In this document: one piece after another, positions 28,622 to 38,018 of the stretch
How the letters are laid out: the number at the start of each line of letters is the position of its first letter
How positions within the stretch are numbered: position 1 is the first letter of the stretch
DNA from: an uncultured Heliobacteriaceae bacterium
Lineage (GTDB): Bacteria; Acidobacteriota; Blastocatellia; RBC074
Assembly: GCA_964468345.1 (NCBI GenBank)
Contig: CAYXVZ010000012.1
Span: 10,122 to 74,121, forward strand
Length of the DNA: 64,000 bases
Direction: 5' to 3'
Program-made: the position numbers and the translations under genes
The notes under the pieces: model-generated
Told to the model about the DNA's origin: nothing
Databases searched by the model: none
The model's input: the letters and a program-made list of their open reading frames with translations, nothing else

Positions 28622-30868
28622 TTAGTGTAACTTCGTGCGACTTCGTGGATGAAATTCGTTTTCTTGAATTCGATCGTTACCCGGATGATAGGAGCGTTCG
28701 AGATGCGCGTTGATTTCCGCCAGCGTCATGCGAACCGGTTTGAACTTGCCCGCGGCATAGAGTTCGGCCTGATCCAGATGATGCGGCGATTTCGGATCGG
28801 GGCTTTGCCCGAGCACCAGGATGGATTGTGCGCGAAGCTTTTTGCCGAATTCGACGACCGCCACGAAGGAATTGCCCGCCGTGCCATAGCGGCGCTTCTG
28901 GCCTTTTTCCGCGCGCGCTGAATAGGTAAAGACAACGCCCGCCGGCCCGGGCCCGCCCGCGACGGGGAAGCTCGGCCGCGCGTCGCTGAAAGGCTCGTCG
29001 CCCGAGGTGTGGACGCGCTGCAACCGATTGATCTCGCCCCAGGCCACGCGCCACGTGCCGAATTCCTTTTCGAGATCCCGCATGGTTTCTTCGAGCTTTT
29101 TGAGCGGATCGTCGTCTTTGCTCTTCAGCTTTTCATGCGTGAGCACAAACAGCGTTGTCGGAATGGATTCGATCGTCGCGACGAAGTTCCAGTTCGCCAG
29201 CTCCCTGATCGCCGGCGCGAGCTGTTCCGCCCGGGGCCCCTCCGTTTCGCGAAGCGCAAACCACGCCGCCAGCATTCGCTGCACGATCGGCGGCGCTTCG
29301 TTCACCGTCGTATCCGTTGCCGCCTTCGTCCATTCCTCATACGTGAATTTTTCCTGCCCGGTCAGAATGCGCAGCGAAGACTTTGCTCGCGGCGTCTGTT
29401 CCTCGGGGGCGAGATAGGCCGGGAAGTCTTCTTTTCGCGGATTGCCGAAGGCCGTCATTTGAAAGGGCGTCGAATTGCAATTCTGCAAAAAGCCGGCGGG
29501 CGGATTCAGCCGTTGCGGCAGTTCAGCGAAGGCGTGATAGCCCTTCCATTCCGTTGCCGGATCGTCGCCCGCGACCGCTTTGCTCCAGTCGAATTTCGGA
29601 TCGCGTTTCGGAACCGCATTCCCGTGCACATAAAAGATATTGCCCGCGGCATCGGCGTAAAGCGTGTTCGAGCCGGTCAAGGCTCGCTGCGACAGCGCGA
29701 GTTTAAAGGCCGCGAAGCTTCTCGCCCGATTCATCGCGAATCGTTGCACCAGTTCGCCGCCCTCTTCCATCCGGCTCGCGCGGGCCGCAACCGCTTTGCC
29801 GTTTTGCAGGCCGATGATCGGCCCGTGATGCGTCTTGCGAAAGCGATAGGCGCGCGACTCGATGCCCGCGGCGGTTTTCACGCGGACTTCGTCGGTCCAT
29901 TCGATCGCCGTGCGATAGCCCGCGCCGTAGCGATAGGCCAGCGGCCGTTTGGGATCATCGAAGCTTTCGAGATAGCCATCGACCGTGTCGGCGTAGTTGT
30001 TCGTATGACTCCAGCCCAGCCATTGATTGAAGCCCGTGCGAATGTACGGCGTGCCGAGAATGGCAAAGCCGTACACATCGATGCCTTCCTCGCTCTGCAG
30101 ATGCGCTTCATAACGCTGGCCGCCGCCGAAAAATCCCACATGCGGATTGATAAAAAGCAGCGCATGGCCCGATGCGCTTTTCGACGGCCCGGCCGCCCAC
30201 ATGTTCGAGCCTTCCGTGGGCTCGTCGCAGGAAGAATTTTCACCACGAAGAAACGAAGAGCACGAAGAAAGAGAGTCTTTAAGCAAAATGGCTCCTGCTC
30301 TCTCTTCGTGCTCTTCGTTTCTTCGTGGTTTCAACATCTCTGCTGTATTTTGCAGCGGCTCACCGATTCGTATCTCTTCTCGTTTCAGCCCATAGCGGTT
30401 CAGCGCGCCGATGCGGCTCATTCGGCTCATGGCCAGCGTGTGCCAGGGTTCAAATTTCGTGAGCAGGCGCGGCTTCTGTTCCGGATGTTTTGCGATATAA
30501 AAATTGATCCCCGCGGCGAAGGCATCGCAGAGCGCCCGCTCGCGCGGCGGCATTGCGGCGTATTCGGCCTTCGAGCGTTTTTCGATTTCAAAGGCCCGAT
30601 AGAGCAGGTCGTTTTCCAATCCCTTCTCGCCTTCGATCTCCGCCTGCCGTCCCACGGCGCGAATGAAATCGGTTTCGAGCTGCCAGAAATTGTCTTCGCA
30701 TTGCGCATACATCAGGCCGAAGACGACCGCCGCATCCGTCTTGCCGAAGATATGCGGCACGCCGTACGAATCGCGATGGATCGTCACGGACTGCGAAAGG
30801 TCAACCCTTTGCGCAAATGCTGAGCCGACGGTAAAGACGAGGAATAGCGAAAGGAACAGGCTACGCAT
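28622..30868 (-). CDS. penicillin acylase family (Ntn-hydrolase) precursor, with a family A repeat inserted in-frame in the spacer region
   Basis: Signal peptide MRSLFLSLFLVFTVGSAFAQ. The beta-subunit N-terminal nucleophile motif SNMWAAGPSKSASGHALLFINPH is present. Spacer sequence [33 protein letters not shown] is encoded by the repeat copy at 30236..30343. Confidence 0.75.
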   Translation of the reverse strand: MRSLFLSLFLVFTVGSAFAQRVDLSQSVTIHRDSYGVPHIFGKTDAAVVFGLMYAQCEDNFWQLETDFIRAVGRQAEIEGEKGLENDLLYRAFEIEKRSKAEYAAMPPRERALCDAFAAGINFYIAKHPEQKPRLLTKFEPWHTLAMSRMSRIGALNRYGLKREEIRIGEPLQNTAEMLKPRRNEEHEERAGAILLKDSLSSCSSFLRGENSSCDEPTEGSNMWAAGPSKSASGHALLFINPHVGFFGGGQRYEAHLQSEEGIDVYGFAILGTPYIRTGFNQWLGWSHTNNYADTVDGYLESFDDPKRPLAYRYGAGYRTAIEWTDEVRVKTAAGIESRAYRFRKTHHGPIIGLQNGKAVAARASRMEEGGELVQRFAMNRARSFAAFKLALSQRALTGSNTLYADAAGNIFYVHGNAVPKRDPKFDWSKAVAGDDPATEWKGYHAFAELPQRLNPPAGFLQNCNSTPFQMTAFGNPRKEDFPAYLAPEEQTPRAKSSLRILTGQEKFTYEEWTKAATDTTVNEAPPIVQRMLAAWFALRETEGPRAEQLAPAIRELANWNFVATIESIPTTLFVLTHEKLKSKDDDPLKKLEETMRDLEKEFGTWRVAWGEINRLQRVHTSGDEPFSDARPSFPVAGGPGPAGVVFTYSARAEKGQKRRYGTAGNSFVAVVEFGKKLRAQSILVLGQSPDPKSPHHLDQAELYAAGKFKPVRMTLAEINAHLERSYHPGNDRIQENEFHPRSRTKLH
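30236..30343. repeat. family A hairpin element, copy 2 (inside the penicillin acylase CDS)
   Basis: The termini CACCACGAAGAAACGAAGAGCACGAAG ... CTTCGTGCTCTTCGTTTCTTCGTGG match copies at 18493 and 50693. Confidence 0.75.
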
Positions 30869-30889
30869 GATCTCTCCAATGACAGCCGG

Positions 30890-30953
30890 GCGGACAGGAA
30901 AATGAACGACAGGAAAATGAAGCATATTTTCCTGTCGTTCATTTTCCTGTCCG
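30890..30953. repeat. family D hairpin (GGACAGGAAAATGAACGACAGGAAAAT ... ATTTTCCTGTCGTTCATTTTCCTGTCC), copy 1
   Basis: Perfect palindrome between convergent or neighbouring hydrolase genes. Confidence 0.65.
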
Positions 30954-30966
30954 CCGCCCTTGAGTG

Positions 30967-32277
30967 TTAATGAATTCCGCTCGCATCCAGTTTGAGCAGC
31001 GTGTGCAGCAGAACATTGGTGCCGTTCGTGATGTCTTCGGGCGTGGAGAATTCGCGCGGGCTGTGGCTGATGCCGTCCCGGCTCGGGATAAAGATCATGC
31101 CGACCGGACAGAGGTTCGCGATTTCCTGCGCGTCGTGGCCCGCGCCGCTCGGCATCAGCTTCGTCGTCAGGTTCAACTGCTTCGCGGATTCATCGATCAG
31201 CTTTCGCAGCCGCGCATCGGTCGGCGCGGGCGGCGTCGCGTTGACCTGCTTGATCGTGAATTTCGTGCCCGTGGCTTTTTCGATGGCGGCGACTTCGGCC
31301 TGAATTTTTTCAAACAGCATCTGCACCTTGGCGGCATCCAGATCGCGAAGGCCCAGGCTGGTGATGACTTTTCCGGGGACGACATTGAACGCGCCGGGGA
31401 AGGCCTGAATCTTGCCGACTGTGCCAACCTGCCGGCCCGGCACGCTGGTCACGACGCGATTGACGGCGTCGATGTATTTCGCCGCGGCCAGCAGGGCATC
31501 GCGCCGCTGATTCATCGGCGTCGTGCCCGCGTGATTCGCGAAGCCCTCGATTTCAACGTCCCACCAGTTCACCGAGACGATGCCCTCGACCACGCCGATG
31601 TTCAGTTTTTCCGTGTGCAGAATGCCGCCCTGCTCGATGTGCAGTTCCAGATAGGCCGCGATATCGCCTTTTTTGCGGACCGCCGAGGCCAGCCGCTCCG
31701 GATCGCCGCCGATGAATTTGATGCCGTCGCGAATCGTCTTCTTGCTGTTCGTGACGAGGTTGAGTTCCTTTTCGCTCAGGCCCTTCGCCAGGGCGTGACT
31801 GCCGATCGTGCCGCCCTCTTCGTTTTGAAACAGGATGACTTCGAGCGGGTGGCGCAGGGGGATTTTCTTTTCGAACAACGTTTGCGCGACTTCAATCGCG
31901 CCCATCGATCCGACCTGTCCGTCATAGCTGCCGCCGTCAGGGACCGAATCGATGTGCGATCCGATCATCAAGGGCTTCAACGCCGCATCCGTGCCCGGCC
32001 GTTTGCCCAGGATGTTTCCGACGGGATCGATGCTGACTTCGAGGCCGGCCGCGCGCATCAGATTCATCGCATACTTTCGCGCTTCGAGATCGGCGTCGGA
32101 ATACGCGACGCGGCTCGTCCCGCCTTCTTTGGTTTTGCCGAACTGCGCCAGTTCCGCCAGATGCGAATTGACGCGCTCTCCATTGACGCGGAGCGATGCA
32201 TTCGATTGCGGCATTGGCAGCGCAACGGCTCCGAGAGTGAGCAACAGGTTTTGATTGAAGTTTCTTCTATTGAGCAT
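30967..32277 (-). CDS. M20-family Zn-dependent amidohydrolase (N-carbamoyl-amino-acid amidohydrolase / allantoate amidohydrolase family) with Tat-like signal
   Basis: Tat-like leader MLNRRNFNQNLLLTLGAVALP. M20 carbamoylase motif GSHIDSVPDGGSYDGQVG and FQNEEGG. Upstream ORF extension through hairpin D2 is rejected. Confidence 0.7.
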   Translation of the reverse strand: MLNRRNFNQNLLLTLGAVALPMPQSNASLRVNGERVNSHLAELAQFGKTKEGGTSRVAYSDADLEARKYAMNLMRAAGLEVSIDPVGNILGKRPGTDAALKPLMIGSHIDSVPDGGSYDGQVGSMGAIEVAQTLFEKKIPLRHPLEVILFQNEEGGTIGSHALAKGLSEKELNLVTNSKKTIRDGIKFIGGDPERLASAVRKKGDIAAYLELHIEQGGILHTEKLNIGVVEGIVSVNWWDVEIEGFANHAGTTPMNQRRDALLAAAKYIDAVNRVVTSVPGRQVGTVGKIQAFPGAFNVVPGKVITSLGLRDLDAAKVQMLFEKIQAEVAAIEKATGTKFTIKQVNATPPAPTDARLRKLIDESAKQLNLTTKLMPSGAGHDAQEIANLCPVGMIFIPSRDGISHSPREFSTPEDITNGTNVLLHTLLKLDASGIH

Positions 32278-32297
32278 GTTTTTTCTTTGCGCTTGGC

Positions 32298-32373
32298 GCG
32301 GACAAAAACATAAACGACAAGAAAATAGACTTACCTCGAAGGAGACATTTTCCTGTCGTTTATATTCCTGTCC
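32298..32373. repeat. family D hairpin, copy 2
   Basis: GGACAAAAACATAAACGACAAGAAAATAGAC...ATTTTCCTGTCGTTTATATTCCTGTCC. Confidence 0.6.
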
Positions 32374-32384
32374 GCTCACGTTCT

Positions 32385-33680
32385 CTATTTTTGTTTCCCG
32401 AACAGCGCCATCAGACCGTCCGCCACAGAGCCTCGCCAGCACAGCACATCGTGGCCGCCGCTGTATTCCGCATAGGTGACCGGATAACCGCGCGCGACCA
32501 GCGTGTCCCGCATGCGGCGGTTTTCGAGCACCATATTGATCGGGAAGCCCTGTTCGAGCCGCCCGACTTCCAGATAAAACCGCAGCGGCAATTTGGGCAG
32601 GGTCGCAAATTGTTTCGCCAGCCAGCCGCTCTCGACAAAGGCCGATTCGGGCGAAGTCTCGGTCCAGCCTTCATAAAACCAATAGGAGCCGGATTGCGAG
32701 AGCACATTGCCGATCACATCCGAGTGCCGCATGCCGACATAGGCCGCCGTCAGGCCGCCCAGGCTGAAGCCGCTGATCGCGACCTGTTTCGGATCCTCGC
32801 TGATCTTGAAACGGCGGCGCAGGTCGGGGACAAGTTCCTTGGCCAGGAATTCCGCGAATTTCGGCGAACAGCCCAGATCGCGGCTGCGCGTTTTGCCGCT
32901 GCTGACCATCACGGCCACGGTCGGCTGAATTTTGTCTTTCGCGATCAGGTTATCGAGGATGGTGGCCAACGGCACGGCGAAGGGAACGACTTCGCCGTCG
33001 AGGTAGATGAGCAGAGCCGGCGGCTTCGATCCCGCGGCGGCGGCCGGCGGCGTATAAATCTTGATCGGCCGATCCTCGCCGAGAATGGCGCTTTTGAAGC
33101 TTTCCTGCTTCGTTTCGCCGCGCGGCACGTCGGGCAGCGGTTTGAGCCATGCTTGCGGCGGCGCATCGGGCAACTCTACGATCGCGGCATTTGGCGGAAA
33201 CATAAAGGTCCGCGGATTGAGCGGATCGCGCCGCGAATGCTTCATGATTTTCTGTTCCAGCTCTTTGTCTCCCAGCACGACCTTGAAGGGATTGAGCATG
33301 AAAACATAAGTGTAGCGCGCATCCCGCGGGACTTTATCCGTTCGATACCAGAGATTGCTGTCGCCCAGCCGATGGAGCGCCTTGAAATACTGCTCGTTTG
33401 CGGGCGCGCCGCCGGCCATGCTGATGGCGTGGGTCTCCGCGTTTCCTTCCCATAGATAGGTCACCCACACAAATTTCTCATCGCCGGGGATTGCCTCGAC
33501 CAGCGGCGCCTTGCCCGCCATCTCGGTCCAGAAATTTTCCAGCGCGGTCTTGTTGCCCGCCTTGAGTTCTTTGTCCAGCGCCGCGATCCGCGGACTGTCG
33601 ATGGTTTCTTCCTGCGCGAAAGCTGAAAAGCACAGCAGGAAAAGTGCTGAGAGCGAGAGAAGAAAGATTCGTATGCGCAT
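32385..33680 (-). CDS. secreted alpha/beta-hydrolase esterase (enterochelin esterase-like / esterase D family)
   Basis: Signal peptide and the GFSLGGLTAAY nucleophile elbow (GxSxG). The C-terminal part follows an esterase fold. Confidence 0.65.
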   Translation of the reverse strand: MRIRIFLLSLSALFLLCFSAFAQEETIDSPRIAALDKELKAGNKTALENFWTEMAGKAPLVEAIPGDEKFVWVTYLWEGNAETHAISMAGGAPANEQYFKALHRLGDSNLWYRTDKVPRDARYTYVFMLNPFKVVLGDKELEQKIMKHSRRDPLNPRTFMFPPNAAIVELPDAPPQAWLKPLPDVPRGETKQESFKSAILGEDRPIKIYTPPAAAAGSKPPALLIYLDGEVVPFAVPLATILDNLIAKDKIQPTVAVMVSSGKTRSRDLGCSPKFAEFLAKELVPDLRRRFKISEDPKQVAISGFSLGGLTAAYVGMRHSDVIGNVLSQSGSYWFYEGWTETSPESAFVESGWLAKQFATLPKLPLRFYLEVGRLEQGFPINMVLENRRMRDTLVARGYPVTYAEYSGGHDVLCWRGSVADGLMALFGKQK

Positions 33681-33693
33681 AGCGAGTTCGGCA

Positions 33694-33788
33694 GAAAATC
33701 AAAAGGCAAAAGGCAAATATCAAAAGGCAAAAATAGTCAGCTCCTATTTTGCCTTTTGATATTTGCCTTTTGCCTTTTGATTTCATTT
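33694..33788. repeat. family C hairpin element, copy 2
   Basis: AAAATCAAAAGGCAAAAGGCAAATATCAAAAGGCAAAAATAGTCAGCTCCTATTTTGCCTTTTGATATTTGCCTTTTGCCTTTTGATTTC. Confidence 0.7.
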
Positions 33789-33816
33789 AAATGTTCCTGA
33801 GTTGCAGGGAGAAGAA

Positions 33817-35448
33817 CTACTTCCGTTTTTGTCCCGCCAGTCGCGGTTCCGAAACGCAGGAGAAATTCGCGGCATCGTCCGTGCTGCCGCTGCCTTTATA
33901 GCGCGCGACCTGCGGATAGGGGCAGAGCGGGCGCGAGCGCGTGACGGGACTTTTCGGATCGCCCGATTGTCGTTTGACGGCGATGACCTGCGCGGGAGCG
34001 ACGCCCTCTTCGACCCATCGTTCAAGCGCGACCGTCATATCGTGCAGCGCATCGGATTGCGCTGCGGTCACCATCTGGCCGAAGTTGTTCGGGCCGGGAC
34101 CGCCGGCGCAATGCTGGACGCCCGGCGCCATAAACAGGCGCATGAACGCATCCGATTCGCGCGCGCCCATTTTCGTTCGCACGCTCTCATAATAATTGAT
34201 CGTGTTGACCGGCGGCAGCGCGGCGTCGTTCCAGCCGTGATAGAGAATCAGCTTGCCGCCGCGCGCCTTGAAGGCTTTCAGATCCGGATTGATTGCGTTC
34301 AACGCGTGCGCGAGTTTCTCGTCCGCCAGCTTGCTGTCTTTTTCAAGATCGAAGGTTTTGAAGTCCCACGCCGGATTGTTATAAACCATATTTTTGAACG
34401 CCTGCGTGGAAAAGAAAAACTGCAATCCGCTCTGCGGCCCGGTGCCCGTGATCCAGCCGGTCCATCCGCCGGGGCCGGTTTCGCCGCCCGGCACAAAGCC
34501 CGGAATCAGCAACTGGCCTTTCGCATTGCGCGGCCCGGCATAGATTTTCTTGAGCGAAGCGATTTGTTTTTCGGTCAGGCAGGCATCCGATTCCGCACCT
34601 TTGCATAGCAACACTGCCGGATCGAAGGCACATTTCGTCGGATCGTCGAGGACGTCGTCTTTCACGCCGTCCCGCGCATCGCAACTGGCCAGCGCGGCGG
34701 CCTCGATCGCCTTGAGCTTGCTCGATGGAATGTAGTTCGCCGGGTCTGCCTGCGTCTGCAGCATATTCCACGCGAAGCCCGTCAAAATATGCGTGAAGTA
34801 ATTCGCCGGCGCGCCCGCGATCAAACCGTCGTAGTCGTTCGGATAGCGCTGCACTTCCATCAGCGCTTGCCGGCCGCCGTTCGAGCAACTGGCGAAATAG
34901 GATTTTTTCGGCCCGTCGCCATAAAAGGCCTTGATGATCGCTTTCGCCGCGACCGTCATTTCGTGAATCGCTCGATGGCCATAATCGACGATCTTTTCCG
35001 GATGGCCAAGCGCCCAGGTTGCGTCGCCCCCCGTATGCCCCGTATCGGTCGAAGCCGTCGCATAATTTCGTGCGAGCGCCCCCGCCAGCCCCGGATAGGA
35101 AATCGATCCCGCAAAGCCGCCATTGCCGATGCCGTGAAATTTGCCGTTCCAGCCCGTGGCGGGCATCCAGACTTCAAATTTGATATCCGAATCGGACGAC
35201 GGTTTGATCGTGCCCGCAACGCGGCAGAACGCGGGCAGGTCCTTGAACGGCGCGCCGCCGCCCTGCGCCGGCGCGAACGTGCCCGCCGCTACGGTCTGCG
35301 CCGTCGTGATGGTCGTATTCGGCAATTTCAATTTCGCCATCTCTTCGCAACTTGCCGCTGATGCGCGGGGGACGAATGCGACGGTGATCACGAACAACGC
35401 GAGCATCCAGAAGAGAAAATTATGGTGTGATCTCTTATCAGTTTTCAT
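33817..35448 (-). CDS. tannase/feruloyl esterase family protein (secreted)
   Basis: Signal peptide [33 protein letters not shown]-x-GG active-site motif ASCSNGGRQ. The cysteine pattern and C-terminal ...[12 protein letters not shown] are typical of the family. Confidence 0.7.
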   Translation of the reverse strand: MKTDKRSHHNFLFWMLALFVITVAFVPRASAASCEEMAKLKLPNTTITTAQTVAAGTFAPAQGGGAPFKDLPAFCRVAGTIKPSSDSDIKFEVWMPATGWNGKFHGIGNGGFAGSISYPGLAGALARNYATASTDTGHTGGDATWALGHPEKIVDYGHRAIHEMTVAAKAIIKAFYGDGPKKSYFASCSNGGRQALMEVQRYPNDYDGLIAGAPANYFTHILTGFAWNMLQTQADPANYIPSSKLKAIEAAALASCDARDGVKDDVLDDPTKCAFDPAVLLCKGAESDACLTEKQIASLKKIYAGPRNAKGQLLIPGFVPGGETGPGGWTGWITGTGPQSGLQFFFSTQAFKNMVYNNPAWDFKTFDLEKDSKLADEKLAHALNAINPDLKAFKARGGKLILYHGWNDAALPPVNTINYYESVRTKMGARESDAFMRLFMAPGVQHCAGGPGPNNFGQMVTAAQSDALHDMTVALERWVEEGVAPAQVIAVKRQSGDPKSPVTRSRPLCPYPQVARYKGSGSTDDAANFSCVSEPRLAGQKRK

Positions 35449-35784
35449 TCTCGTCCTCTCTAAACAGATGTCGGTGCCTTGCAGGTAGAATCCTCGCAAA
35501 GAGCTGAGTACAGCTTCGCGGACTCCCTTTCAACAATCTAAGCGCCCTTTTGCGCATGATCTCCTGATCGAATTTTCCTTGATGAGCGGAAGTTATCACA
35601 CTCACGCGCCGATCGCCCAAAGCCCAAAAATTTTTCTTAGGCATGTCACTTTGAAGGATCAGGTTTCGATTTGAGAGATGTAGGGAGATTTCGAGAGGTT
35701 GGGAAAAGCGGAGAAGTCGTACAACGCCGCTTTTATCCACAGGGCAAAGGAATCGATATATCAGTGAGAAGGAGGAGATTTTCA

Positions 35785-36621
35785 ATGGAAATAGAGATAA
35801 CGCCGATCGCAGTTGCAGGGCTCGACGCCGGATTGATGATCGCCCGGGCAACGGAGCGTTTGCTCGGAGCAGTGATTGGCGCCACGAGCATTTTTCTCGG
35901 ATACCGTTTGTTTTTGCATTTGCCGCAACAGACCGATAGTGAGGGCCGAATTGTTCTGCCCGGTGGAATCAGCATCTGGTTGAGTCGCGTCGGCCCAGGC
36001 GTCTTTTTCTTACTCTTTGGCACTGCCTTGATCGCGCTTTCACTTTCTCAGCGATTGTCCATTGAATCAAAGCAGAGCATAGACAGCCAGGAATCCATAA
36101 ACAGCACTTCCACCCTGGTTGCGTCCCCTGCGACGATCGCAGCAAAAAGAGTTGCCGATTCGGATCCCGTTCGTCGCAAATCCTCCGCATTCAAGGGGCG
36201 GCGCGCAAACAGAGAGTTGCCCGTATACAACGATAGAAATGAGGTCAATGCAGGAGCCTTTCGCGAGTCGCATCAGAACATGGAAAAGAAGGTGTCTTTT
36301 AGCAACAGTCAGTTACCCGATGATCAGCTTCATCGGCAGGCATCGTTGCGCGCTGAAGCACGCAAAACAATTGCGGACCTGGCTGAAATTCAAGGAATCC
36401 TGCACCGCGGGGATGAGGAAAGCAACGATGTGTCGTTCGAAATCGCACTGCAAAAAAGCAAGCTGGCAATTTTAAAGTTGGTGTGGGGAGAAGACTGGGG
36501 CGAATTCGATGCATTTCGAAACTGGATCGATAAAGGAGCCTTACCGCCGGTTCCGAAGTCGGTCGGCAACGAAGCCATCGAAATTTACAAGGCTTCACAT
36601 CTGAAGAGGGAGGGCAAATGA
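35785..36621 (+). CDS. hypothetical membrane protein (2 N-terminal TM helices plus a soluble domain of about 190 aa). First gene of the lower-GC island.
   Basis: TM segments GLDAGLMIARATERLLGAVIGATSIFLGY and VGPGVFFLLFGTALIALSL. Its stop overlaps the next start (ATGA at 36618). Local GC is about 50% against about 62% in the flanks. Confidence 0.5.
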   Translation: MEIEITPIAVAGLDAGLMIARATERLLGAVIGATSIFLGYRLFLHLPQQTDSEGRIVLPGGISIWLSRVGPGVFFLLFGTALIALSLSQRLSIESKQSIDSQESINSTSTLVASPATIAAKRVADSDPVRRKSSAFKGRRANRELPVYNDRNEVNAGAFRESHQNMEKKVSFSNSQLPDDQLHRQASLRAEARKTIADLAEIQGILHRGDEESNDVSFEIALQKSKLAILKLVWGEDWGEFDAFRNWIDKGALPPVPKSVGNEAIEIYKASHLKREGK

Positions 36622-37958
36622 AAATTTCTCGATATTCCTTCTTAGTATGTTTCTTCGCTTTGGCATTGACTGCCAAGGCAACGGCAGAAGGGCGGGACAG
36701 GTGGGCCGGTTTTTACGATCAGCAAACGCTCGCTTATTGGGAAACACAGATGCGGCCAGGCATTGAAGAAAATTTCTATCAAGTCATCCTTCCCCACCTG
36801 ACCCAGGAGGAAAAGGAAGTGCTGTCTGATGTGAGGTTACAGTTTCCGTTGGAGGCTGCAGATCATCCGATGAACTTTCGGGCTGAAGTCGAGGGAGGGC
36901 GGAAAACAGTCGTAATGCCCATTTCATCCCTGCGCTTTTTTGGCGATCTCGCACTGGCGATGATATGGCTCCAGGGGCATGGTTACAGTACGGATTCGAT
37001 CTCGGATTATATCGGAATGCTCAAATGGCAATGGCCCAGCGGGTTCGCGGGCAATGCTCATCGCCCCCTCGAAGTGCTCGGCATTGCAAACACCGCTCGT
37101 TCTGAACGACAAATTATGGATCGGTATTACGCGGCATTTAAAAGCGCCGTTTTCTTCATTCTTTGTCACGAACTCGGGCATATCTCTCAATGGAACTCTC
37201 CAGGACGATCCTTCGGCTCGCAAATCGATGCGGAGAAGGATGCGGATGAATTTGCCCTGAAGATGATGCGCCGGATTGGCGCTCCTCCCGCTGGCATGTC
37301 CTTGTACTTTCTGGCTCTCGGACAGTTGGAATTCAATGGAGGAGATTCTGAGTATCTCGACCTGCCCGCGGCGACGCATCCGACGGTTGCGGAGCGATTG
37401 ATAGCGATTGCCACTCACATGAATAACCGCTTTTCAGATTTTGCGGTTACGAGCGGCTCGGTGGAGAACCTTGTAAAGATGATTCAAGGATTTGTCGATC
37501 TTGCAAAAGTTCTGAGTGACCCCAAACTTCAATTTTACATGCGGCAAAAAGGTCTCACGGCCCAACTGGAAATGCTTGGGCCTCGTCGTCCTGGAAAGGT
37601 TCTCCCGGAGCAATACGAATTATTCCGTTTCCCCCGGCAGACGTATAGTGGTTTGTATATGGCCCGCTGGTCGGATCACAAGGGAGAATCGTTTGATGGA
37701 GTTATGCTCCTGATTCGAAATAAGGATAACCTGAGAGGAATCTTTACCATCGAACATGAAAATATGACTGCCGGTACAGTTGTCCTCAAAGGCAAGATCA
37801 AGAGAAACCAATTGGAATTCGAATGGTGTTGGGGGCCGGAACATTTCGGAAAAGGGGAGTTCAACTCAAATTCAGAGGGAACCTCCATCGAAGGAACCTG
37901 GGGCTATACCAGGGACAGGAGCGGCGCGGGGAAGTGGATTTTGCAAAGAATCAAATAA
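36618..37958 (+). CDS. secreted zincin-like metallopeptidase domain protein (HExxH ... E..A.EFA, ImmA/IrrE-like spacing) with an uncharacterised C-terminal domain
   Basis: Signal peptide MKISRYSFLVCFFALALTAKATA. Motif CHELGHISQW followed 16 aa later by EKDADEFALKMM. Translationally coupled to the upstream membrane protein. Confidence 0.5.
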   Translation: MKISRYSFLVCFFALALTAKATAEGRDRWAGFYDQQTLAYWETQMRPGIEENFYQVILPHLTQEEKEVLSDVRLQFPLEAADHPMNFRAEVEGGRKTVVMPISSLRFFGDLALAMIWLQGHGYSTDSISDYIGMLKWQWPSGFAGNAHRPLEVLGIANTARSERQIMDRYYAAFKSAVFFILCHELGHISQWNSPGRSFGSQIDAEKDADEFALKMMRRIGAPPAGMSLYFLALGQLEFNGGDSEYLDLPAATHPTVAERLIAIATHMNNRFSDFAVTSGSVENLVKMIQGFVDLAKVLSDPKLQFYMRQKGLTAQLEMLGPRRPGKVLPEQYELFRFPRQTYSGLYMARWSDHKGESFDGVMLLIRNKDNLRGIFTIEHENMTAGTVVLKGKIKRNQLEFEWCWGPEHFGKGEFNSNSEGTSIEGTWGYTRDRSGAGKWILQRIK

Positions 37959-38018
37959 CTCTCAGTCTGATCGAAAAACCAACCATTCTTACTTTTTCAA
38001 CTTAAACAGGAGACAGCC

